Origin: Antedon mediterranea
Lineage: Eukaryota; Animalia; Echinodermata
NCBI RefSeq assembly: GCF_964355755.1
Contig: NC_092670.1
Coordinates: 36,878,388 to 36,942,387 of the forward strand
Length of the DNA stretch: 64,000 nt
Direction of reading: 5' to 3'
Translations under genes and position numbers: made by a program
The notes under the pieces: generated by a model
What the model was told of the DNA's origin: nothing
Database searches by the model: none
The model's input: only the letters and a program-made list of their open reading frames with translations
In this document: in pieces, positions 8,972 to 20,200 of the stretch
Layout of the letters: every line of letters starts with the position of its first letter
How positions within the stretch are numbered: position 1 is the stretch's first letter

Positions 8972-11646
8972 ATGGCGACAGTAGCCAGAGGTTTGTATAA
9001 TTTGTTTGTTTTTGCTAAAATATTTAAGCATACTGGAGAATGAAATGAAAAAATAAACAGACTTAGAAATCAGTAGGAATTATTGAGAATCCGAATTAAA
9101 AACAAACCAAAAACAAAAGTTATAATTACTTATAAGTATGACCAGACCTGTCCCAGCCTATGGGGTGGCTGAAAAGTGTTTTACTTTAAGCCTAGCCTAG
9201 AGGTAGAGTAGACCTGGTACTGTGTAACATTTTATCCTTTTTTCATCACTCACACAGAAAGAAGAACTGATGTTCTTTCCAGACCAAAGCAGCTTCCAGT
9301 AACTTATCAGGAAGACAGGTAATTACTAACTATAAAGTAAAATACAAATTTTCGTTTTTATTTATCTTTTTTTTTAATACTGCACTGTAAATTTTATTTA
9401 ATTTTTATTTTATCATATTTTAGTCATTATTCTGAAAAAAATCTATGCCCACTCTTTTTATTCTAAATACATAATAAGTCTCGTCAGACAAACAAAAGGA
9501 AGCTCTAGTCAGTGTACAGCTAGTGTTCAGTGTTATTGGCTATAAAATACTCTTGCACAGGCCTAAATGTTTTATCCTCTGGCATTGGTCCACAAACCAC
9601 ACATTTTTAACACTGAGAATATAAAGCTTGATGACATTGAATTGACATATAGGCCTAGGACCTACTGTGTACATTGAGCAATTCATTATTTATTTTATCA
9701 CAGACGCTCTGTTTACTGGCGTGATAGTTTGCCACTAAAGCCTGGACCTGATGGAAGTACAGTTTTTGGTAATTTCCATTTTGCTTAAACTTATTTTTTC
9801 TAAAAAATACTTTACTGATAAAGCAGTAAAACACAAACAATTGCAGTCGTTTGCAAGAGTTTATTTGATCACAAGTATAAAACAACAATAATAATGAAAC
9901 GTGTTTTTTCTGTATCTGTAGTATATTCTTTGCTGTGTAAGTTGCAAATAAATTCTTAAAGACCCCTTCCCTGCAATTTTGGACGTTTTTTGGAAAATAA
10001 TACATATATATCACTTTAAAAACATTAAACCATGTCATTCCTTGTCTTAAATGTACGTTTTATGGTAAATTATGATAAAAAGTGAGAAACAATGCACTAC
10101 CTAAGTAGCTCGCGGCGATCGACCTCTCGTGGACGGTCTCAGGCCTAGCCTAGCTAGGCTTAGTTTTGTAGGCCTAGCTGGTAAACATCGGTAACGTACG
10201 AACATCGTACGCTAGCTATATACCTAGCCTGACGTTGTATAGTTGCTGCATTAATTGTCTTTCTATTTTTGCCAGACTCCGTTGATACAAATTGGGGAAA
10301 ACCCGGTATTTTCGCTGAAAAGTTAGGAGTCTTCCATTTGTTTTGGCTTCACGATCGATCGAAAAGTGGGCGAATTACAGGTGAAAAACAACAATATCAA
10401 TCCGCGCGCAATGCATTTTGGGATTTATAGCGGGCCGCTATAATTATTAAAATCGATTTATTTTTCACATTTTTAACCGTTTAAAGACGAAAAAAGTTAT
10501 CGCAATAGGACCATATAGTATTATTTTTACATTAAATATAGTTTGTGATCTTAAATTAGATCTAAAAAACGTAGGGAATGGGGCTTTAAAATAATCAGCA
10601 TTAAAACTGTGGCATGATCTGTCATCGATGCATAACATTAATAATGATAATGATCAGGAAAACTGCATTAAGGTCACAAAGATTGCGATGCACTATCATG
10701 CGATCCACCCACTCACTCGTTTATTTTTATGGCAAGAGGCTTCCTACTTTCTAGGATCGAGTTATCAGATAATCTATTTTGTTTTGATAACTCTTGTTTA
10801 CATGACCACAGTGCTGATTTTGCCATTTTCCCCTAACTGTATACACAGTAGTATCATAGATTTGAACTGTGTTATTTAGAGTCGACTCTTTTTTTTTTTC
10901 TAAACAGTACTTACTCCTCGACAAGAGCAACTGTGTGGACATAAAGTTGCGAACCCAGGCTACCAGTTTGATAGGTAGACTATACTTTTTTATATTCACT
11001 AGCATTCACTAAATTGTATGAAATCACAAATGAATAAAAAAATATTTAAAAAAAATTATTGTACTGTTATTAAAAAATCTGTTTTTTTTTTAGGTCTTAC
11101 CCAATATGGCCAGTAAAGGAATCTGCGAAGCAGTATGAAGCGACAGGTAGAATTGAAAAACTAAGTTTTCCCAAATCGGTTCACCGAGATTACGTGCCAG
11201 AGCGAGCAGTAATGACACGAGTGACATCAGCTGCACAGAAGGCAGAGCCTAGTGCACGGATAGAACAACTTGCACGAGAAAAAAATTATTTACCTCTGAA
11301 GATAAAAGAAAGTTGGGAGTTTGACTGTTACCAATGGGATCCAGAAATCTCTAAAGGAGCAAAGAAAGCGCAAGCCAGTGCTTGGGTTGAACGGCTTGCA
11401 GAGTCACGGCAAACGCACCCTTCCTACCAGTATGCTCGTTCGGTTGAATGGCACGTGGAAGATCCCGCTCTCAAGGCAATCGCGACGCTACGACTACAAC
11501 AGCTAGCACGACCAAAAAGTCGAGGAAAACTAGATAATTTTGATCCTTATAGAGTGTCTTCTTCAGCACGAAACGCACGTGCAACGCCACGTATATCTGA
11601 ACTTTGCATGCCCATTCCACGAAAGGTTCGGCAGAAGAAGTTTTAA
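8972..11646 (+). CDS. THEG (testicular haploid expressed gene) repeat protein, ~210 aa, 3 exons
   Basis: Exons 8972-8990, 9258-9318, 11094-11646 join in frame: MATVARERRTDVLSRPKQLPVTYQEDRSYPIWPV... with repeated W-x-V..A..A..S-x-R-[IL]..LA-x-PK THEG motifs. Confidence 0.85.
9960..10585. mobile_element. Kolobok-like non-autonomous element (626 bp) in THEG-like intron 2; partial inverted copy at ~16445-16705
   Basis: TTAA|AGACCCCTTCCCT...AGGGAATGGGGCT|TTAA, imperfect TIRs with TTAA TSD. The 9960-10270 portion recurs inverted in a NAPRT intron. Confidence 0.7.
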
Positions 11647-12959
11647 TCTAGATAAACGTGCTGTACAGGAACTATGCGCAATATATTTTAACGAATGAAA
11701 CATTTATTTTAAAACTATCCAATCCAAAAACTGGATCATACGCTGTAACATTATGGTTTAAAAATTCAAATAAAGACTAATATACAGTCATTGTAGCACT
11801 ATTTATTATAGGAATTGAAGCACTGTAGTATAGAACATTTACGCACAAATTATATACACTTTTCTAGGTAGGTAGTTATTTTATTGTACTGTATAAGTAA
11901 TGGCGATCTATTAAAAATAAATTTTGTATTCATTTCTGTAGGTAGAATAAATTATCATTCTTAATCCTACTCCCATTCCAAAGATACATATTTGGTGCTT
12001 TTTTTTATACATTGAAATGTTTAATTTCATATTTTACACCAATTTAAATTTTAACCAAAGGCTTGATCATAACTTTATTTTCTGCTTCTCTTTTGTACTT
12101 GAATGCAAGAACTATCTATGCACTTGTAAAAATGCAGTATTTCATTACTTCTTTTTATGGTTGAAATTTAAATGATCGAATAAACTAATGTGTTTGATAT
12201 GTACGTGACTGTTTTAATGTGTTTTTTTTAAAGTTATTAATTAAAATTTAATTTTGCAATTCAAAACACTATCGAGGGCAAAGATTATATACATAGTCTG
12301 GGGTTCCAGGCAGAGTTTTGATTATTATTAAAAGATAAATATTTTTGCACATATGGCGTTTCATACGTATATTATTTGACAAACAGACAAAAATTCAAAA
12401 CGTCGACTGGTGGACTAACATAAAAAATGCAATAAAAACAGACTTGGAGTAAGTCTAATTATATACAGTGCAGCAAGTACAGCCACTACCTGTTTTTTTA
12501 TGTGCACAAACACCCTGCCCTGTATTCTTGCTTATGCCTGCGCATGGTGGAGACTGACCATTTGCGGACCCAACATTTTTAAATAGTGGGTACTGAACTG
12601 AACCAAATCTCTTTTTTATTATGAATTGCGAAATTTTGGTAGAGATCCCAGTACGATTTGCCTACCTGCCTTTTTTCGATCATTAAACCTAAAAAAATAT
12701 TTCTAAAGTAGTAACGTTTTACTGTTTCTCGAATTACTGGTGTGTGTGTCCAATTCAATACACAATCAAAAAATTATGAATCAAAATATTATATTATATC
12801 TTTATGATGAGCAAATATTTATTGTTCAATTTATTACTTGAATAATTACATCACAAACTGTTACTGTTGCATACAAGAAATTATTACTTATATCTACGCT
12901 TATATTTAGAATATGCATATTGGCATATCATTATACATCATCAATATTGCTATAGTTTA

Positions 12960-13120
12960 AAGCCCTGTCTACACTATTAAACTTTATGTGACAAAAAAAA
13001 TGTGCTGTGCCCATATATGGACATGATGATGTCATATCACTACCATATTTGGGCAGATCACCACCGTATTTGAGCACATCACACTTTTTTTGTCAAACTA
13101 GTTTGATAGTGTGGACAGAG
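12960..13120. mobile_element. Harbinger/PIF-like MITE family A (~140-165 bp). At least 23 full or partial copies in window: ~1486, 3483, 12960, 13917, 15185, 15702, 16121, 20812, 21160, 24711, 26170, 27824, 29836, 37612, 41040, 43117, 43919, 45246, 48575, 53850, 54606, 55308, 61760
   Basis: TIR AGCTCTGTCTACACTATCAAACT with TAA/TTA flanks; core GCCCATATATGGACATGATGATGTCATATCACTACCATATTTGGG. Superfamily assignment rests on the TWA target and TIR style only. Confidence 0.85.
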
Positions 13121-14217
13121 AATGAAAATTAAAAAAAATTACTTTGTATAATATTTTCTCATGGTTTGGTTATTATCCAGACACAGTCTACCAGTAATTT
13201 TTAGTTTAACCCTGCTATACAGAGGTCTTGATTCAAGCAATGGTAAAATATTCTATTCTAACCAAAATTTTAACACAAAACGCACCGTTCATTTCGATTT
13301 AAAATCAATAATATTGCACAGTTGAAATCAAATTATAATGAAATACGTTTGGTTCATATTTATCTTCATAGAATTTATAACTATACAATTTTTTTTAAAT
13401 TAAAAAAAAAAATTAAAATTACAAATTAAATTATATAAAATATTTCAGAATGAAACGCTTAAAGGCACTGTATTGTTTTCACAAAAATAATTATAATATT
13501 CTAATAAAATTTCTACGGACTTTACAAAACATTGAATACAGATACAGTACTTTACAAAAATTTTAATTCAATAGTTATGTTTTCAGCAACATGCTTTTGG
13601 CATTTGTAATTTACTAGGGCGGATTAAAATTTAGAAAACAAAGAAACAAAACAAGTACAGTATATATAGTGCGGAACAATTTGTGGAATGGATGGTAAGG
13701 TCAAATAGAAATTGTTGTGTTAGGGCTCAAAAGTTGACATATTTGAATTATGGAAGGGTGGGGGAGGGGTATGTGCCTTGCTAAACCCCTGCTTAATCAT
13801 GCAATAATAAACAAATTACACATTTATCCTAGAATTTGTTTCACAACCACCTCCCATGACTAAAGTATACCCATACCCACTTTATATTATGAATCGAGAC
13901 ATGGGTGCAATTGTAAATGTCTACACTATCAAACTTCAGACATCATCATGTCCATATATGGGCACATCACATTTTTCTGTTTCATAAAGTTTGATAGTGT
14001 AGACAGAGCTTTAGTCTATAAATGTTATTTTTTACAAGTTCTATAGCATGTAGTACATGGCTTCAAGTTGCCTGATGTCACGGTTCAATAGCTTCTTAAA
14101 CTGTACATTGACTCCCTAGATTTTTAAAAATCTAAATTGACTCCCTAGCGTACTTGATTAAAATAATTAATGAACATTTTCTACATACTAATCTTTCATT
14201 TGCTTTCTTTGGCGCTT

Positions 14218-17200
14218 TTAAGAGAGTTCTCCAATGGGGGCGCTTTCCAACCATAGCTTGTGCAGGAAGCGATATAAATCATCTGTCACAGATACCTGTT
14301 AAAAAAGAAAATGTTGTTGTTGGTAACTTAAAATTGTACAATTTCAATTAATTGCTTATTGTAGTGTAGTATAGTAGTAATAATACTGTAGATAGTAGAA
14401 AAGGTAAAAAGGTGTTTCTGTTAACCTTTGACACAAGGCTTTCATTCTGTGTCATCCAGGTGTGCTAAATGTCACATCCAGGGTTAATTAAATGTTCAGA
14501 ATTGTTGCCAAGCACTTACTTTATATGGTGTTGGGTTCAGTGCTCTCTTGTGATCATCTCGCAGGGACTTGATTGATGCAATGGTGTCTGCACGCACTTC
14601 TTGCAGTGACCTCAAAGGCCTGGCGATCTGAAAATAAGGGTTTAACTGGACATTTATTCTGGTCAATAGCTACTAAGGACAGCCTTGGGCCAGACAGAAA
14701 CGGACTGACCAGGACATGGAGAGTGAGTGAGTGGTTTAGAGGTCAAGACAGTGAAACCATAATGGGTTAGTCGAGGCTCACTCGCTCCATGGTTCTGGTG
14801 ACAGAACAAGTCTTCTCGGATAAGGACTATAAACCATACAGCAGTAGGTCCAGTGTACACATCTAGCTCATGTGCACTTTAAAGACCTTAGCACATCTTT
14901 CAAGGCGAGTGGGTGTTACCCCAGAGTACTACTGTAGTACACACAGCCGCTATACATAACTGGGCCCTCTGGGAGACCAGTCTTTGACTGAAGAGGTTAC
15001 CCAGCATAAATAAATAACAAATTCAAGAGAGTGACATCACTACATATTGGTATGAGTTGTTTACTTACTTTACCATCTTTCCAAAATATGACATGTAATT
15101 TTTCTACTCTTGATGGATTGACATAAGCTCGTTTTGATTCCTGAAAAACCAAATATTATTATTTCACATCCGTTTGCCTACAATCAAAGTGTGATGTGCC
15201 CATATATGGACATGATGATGTCATACCACTACCATATTTGGGTATATCACCACCATATTTGTGTATATCACTACCATATTTGTGTATATCACCACCATAT
15301 TTGTGTATATCACCACCATATTTGTGTGTATCACCACCATATTTGGGTATATCACCACCATATTTGTGTAAATACTTTATTTGTCACTATCATGACAAAC
15401 ATAAACAATATTAAACATCACACTTTTTTGTCAAACTAGTTTGATAATGTAGACAGAGCCTAAGAGACTAGAAAACGTTCTTTTCATTTCTTTTTTTATT
15501 GCAGACAAATATATAACAGTATGTACAGTAGCTTTGCTTAGTAACCTCTTTTTCTTCAACTGTGTTCTTTGCTACTCAGCAGAGTTGGCTGTTGTTGCCT
15601 TAGAAAACACTACTTTAGTTGTGTTTGTTCACCTTCAACTAGATTTTGATCCTACTTACCTCATATTATAATATACATATGTTTAGGATTTATCTATTTT
15701 AAAGTTCTGTCTACACTATCAAGTTTGACAAAAAAAAAGTGTAATGTATCCAGTAGTAGCGATATGACATCATCATGTCCATATTTGAGCATCACATTTT
15801 TTGTCACATAAAGTTTAATAGTGTAGACGGAGCTTTAGGTAAGTTATTTTAGAACTTTGATATATTAATTATAATAATAACTGTAACTTACACTAAAAGG
15901 GTGCCTGCACAGTACCCTTTTGTTTGGCTCTGGTTCTGCCTCTGCAGTTACATGTTGCAAGAGGTCAATCAGTGCTTTTCCTATAAAGAAAAATCAACTA
16001 TTATCCAAACAGTGGCACTGTTGGTGTATAACTTGCCTCTTGTTCAAGAGTTACTGGTTCAATTCTCTTGTTCTCAATATCAATTTAAAGGTGGCCAAAA
16101 TAGAATAATTCTAATCTTTTATGATGTGCCCATAATATGGACATGATGTCATATCACTATCATATTTGGGCATATCGCTACCATATATGGGCATATCACT
16201 ACCATATTTGGGCACATCACACTTGTTTTGTCAAACTAGTTTGATAGTATAGACAGAGCTTTAGAAAGTGTTTGTAATTTGTGTGTACAAATTATTTGCT
16301 ATTGAACTCATCCATACACATTGGGTTTAAAATGGCCGGAATTGTACTGGAAATGTTCTACACTACATTTAAAAATTAGCTTCCATCTTGGATCCAATAT
16401 GAAGTCCAAAATGGGTCTCCCATCCAGTATATATATTTTTGTGAAAAAACAGAAAGACAATTAATGCAGCAACTAGACAATGTCAGGCTAGGCCTATAGC
16501 TAGCATGCTATGTTCATACGTTACCGCTTTTATAGGCCTACAAAACTAGTAAGCCTACTTAGGTGGTGCATTGTTTCTCTCTTTTTATCATAATTTACCA
16601 TAAAATGTACATTTAAGACAAGGAATGACCTGGTTTAATGTTTTTAAAGTAATATAATCTATGCATTGTTTTTACAAAACATCAACAATTGTCGGCAATG
16701 GGTCATAAAATTAAGTATGCATTAAATTATTTCCATTTCTTGTGTAATACCTACCATCGTGACTGTAGAGCCGAAAGACCTGTTTCCTTCCTGGTATTGT
16801 CACCTTTTCCACCTCATGACTCAGCTTAATCCTGGGTTTCCCATCCACCTCCACAAGCTTTAAAAAAAACACAAATCATATTGATAAGATAAAACATTTA
16901 CTGCAGAGTTGAGTTGTGGCTTGGTGGTTAAGATGTTACCAATCCAAGGGTTCAAGTCCTGCCATATGTCAAGATTTTTTCTAATGACAATTTACAACTC
17001 CACTCCAAAAGACTTGTAATAAGACTTTGTTTATGTAGAGCATCTTGTGTATATTTGTCTTGTGGGATTGCCACCTTTAAGGCTAGTGAATGAATTCACT
17101 ATATAAACAAACCTATAAAACATATATACATATACGGCGATCACAAATAATAACATTTAGTCCAGAAATAATAATGTTTGGGTTACTGCAGTCTTGGTAT

Positions 17201-20200
17201 TACTGCAGTAATAATTGTTTTATATTATTTATTGTATTGCACTACACAAATATAGACATTTGAATATGGTATAATACTTTTTTTTAATAGTTAAAATCAA
17301 TATGCTTGTAACATAAACAAGGCAAAAAAGAAATGGGGTAACGTAAAAAAAAAATTATTAACTTGTATTTCTTAAAATTACATTTATTAATTTTTAATTG
17401 TTTCATTATTATTTTAATTTTTATTTATATATATATATTTAAAACATTATTTTAATGACATTTTATACAATTTCTATATATAACTACAATGTGTAATATG
17501 AAGAATGAAATAAAAGTGGGTTGGCCCCACAAAAGAGAAAAAAAAATAGTTAAAATCCCATAAAAATGTTTTTAACATTACAATTGAATATAAGTGTATT
17601 TAGACATATTTATTACCTACAGTATTTACAAGCTAAATTATTAACAAAACACAATTAACAATATGTTATTTGAATATGGTATAAAATTTTATGATATAAT
17701 AGTTTGAATAGTAATGGTAAAATATTTGTTTTTTTAAATAATGAAAGTTCAATAACATTTTAATTAACATTACAATTGAATTAATATAATACACTCTCGG
17801 GTATTCATGATGTCGTGCAACATGCACTCGGCTACGACCTCTTGCATGTCGCAACATTGTAAATACCCTTGCGTGCGCCGCATCTCCACTAACGCACTCT
17901 GACTTGTGCATTATGTGTACACTACTGCATAGTTGTGCATTAAAAGTACTATGCTATCTATAGATGTAGACAACACTTACACTACAGGGAGGAAATGTTT
18001 CTTAGTTTTACTGGAGTAAACTGCAGTAATCATGAACCAATATTACCTTATAAACACATCCAAGTGCAGGCTGTTTTTGACAAGTCACTAGGTGAGTACC
18101 AATACCAAAACTGTCAATTTGATGAACCTAATTATATACAAAATATTAATAAAAATGATATATTTTTTTTTGTATAACAAATATTAAAGATGTATTGTCG
18201 CCCAAAAACAAGGAATATGAAAGATTAATAAAATCGGAAGCTTAAAATTAATGACTTTTGTAGAAAAAAAACGGGAAAAATAATTTGTTTTCATTATTAA
18301 AAAGACAAAATAAATAGTTACATCCAACCACTTACAGCCACTTTGGCAATTTCTTGGTTTAAAATACAGTTTTTTTTATCCAATTTTGCATATTCAACAA
18401 CAAAAAAAAATGTAAAAAATTATTTTTCAGGACAATACATCTTTAATGGAGTTAATAATCATAACAATGGTATTGTTTGAAGATAAAAATAATAATTATA
18501 TTTTTTATTCAGTAGTAAACAATGATAATACTGTACCTGTTCATTGAGGGAATGTAGAGTGTCTTCATTAATATCATTACTAGCTACTATAGTTAATTCT
18601 TCAAACCATGGCACGTTGAAACTACAAAAAATATATTTACATTACATATCTCTTTATTGTCAAAATGTAAAATAAGAATAATAATTGCATTGCTCAACTT
18701 ATTTGACAAAAAGACCGAATAAAAAGCTTTTGCTTGTCTGGATTTGGCCTTGTGAATATAAAGTAATTATTTAACAGACGCTAGATAGTTATTAAATGAA
18801 TATAGCATATAAAAAAAAATACAAATAATAATAATTTGTTCACATAAAATAAAAAATAAATAAAAATAAACTGAAATAGCTTAGCAATCGACATAATAAA
18901 TAGTAAAAATAGCCTAAAACAATATTTGGATGGTAAATAATGTTTAACTTTATTGTAAACATTTTTTATAATGAGATTATATTCCATAGTAAAACAACTT
19001 AAATTTAAAAGAAACAGAGTTTATCTTTACCATCAATTAGTATCTAATCACTGGCTATATGAACTTTGCTTGTACAGTATACCAAAGAATATAAATAGGT
19101 AAAGAATCAACAGTACGCGCTGTTATACATAGAAGGATAGGAAACGCGGACGCTTATTCATGGACACGTAAGAATCCAGCAGCCGAACGACGGCGGGCTC
19201 TAGATATGGTTCCCGTCTAATCCCACGTTTCGATGGATCGTGATGATCTGATGTGTTCTCGCGTCTGTGCTCTACTAATTTTGATATTATTAATATTTTG
19301 ATAATCATTTTGATAAATAATCATCGTTTGCATTTTTATAGATATTTACAATAAAAGTTTTACCTTACCCACGCCTGAAGGTGGCGCACTTCTTCTAGTG
19401 AAAAGGAAATGCGCCACCTTCAGGCGTAGGCAAATAGTAACCCGGATGATGTGGTTTACACCGCCAACGGAACTGTTGTATCTTCTCCTTTTATTATCTT
19501 TGAGTATACATATTAGGAAATATAAATATTATGAGATAAGAATACACAGACCTCACAACTTAAAGTGCGAATTCAAAACCTAGTAAAATATTAGTCTACT
19601 TACGTTTTACCAATGCTTTGAAATATAGATCGAATACGTTTTGATTGGTAGGCTAAATCCCCACTATCTAAACGTATACCGATTGAACGGTAGCCAAGGT
19701 CATTCAATGCGAGGGCGACTGTACAAAAATTAGGAATACCACTCCTAGAACAAAAGAATATTCAATTTAAAGATTTTATATTGAAGTGGAGTTTGGTGGT
19801 TAAGATGCCAGGATTCTGGGTCCAAATCCTTTGATATTCTCATTACAAAACACAACTGGATACATGAGAAGAAATTCCAAATTAATGACTAGGCCTTTTT
19901 TCCATTCACATTTGAATGAAAAAAATATGTATTGTCCCATAAAATCATGAAAAATAAAGATTAATAAAATCAGACTTTAAATAGGCCATTTGCAGTTTTA
20001 ATAAAGTTATTCACTTCTGAAAAAAAAACAAAAACAAAACAAAAAAATAATTATTTCACTTTCAAAAGACAAAAGAAATTTTAATCAAAAACCATTGTCT
20101 GACAGACAATTTAAGTATTTTTTGCTTTGAATTACATTTTTTTTCAGGTAAATAATTTTCAATCCAGTTTTTGGTCAAAGTGAATAACTATCATGCGATA

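Noticed and set aside
10270-10340. Possible telomerase RNA or other ncRNA downstream of the SBS-like motif
   Set aside because: No CTAACCCTAA-type template; the region lies inside a TTAA-flanked TIR element.
15134-15439. His/Cys-rich ORFs resembling metal-binding proteins
   Set aside because: Translation of the MITE-internal 21-bp repeat; the same peptide ([10 protein letters not shown]) recurs at other MITE copies.
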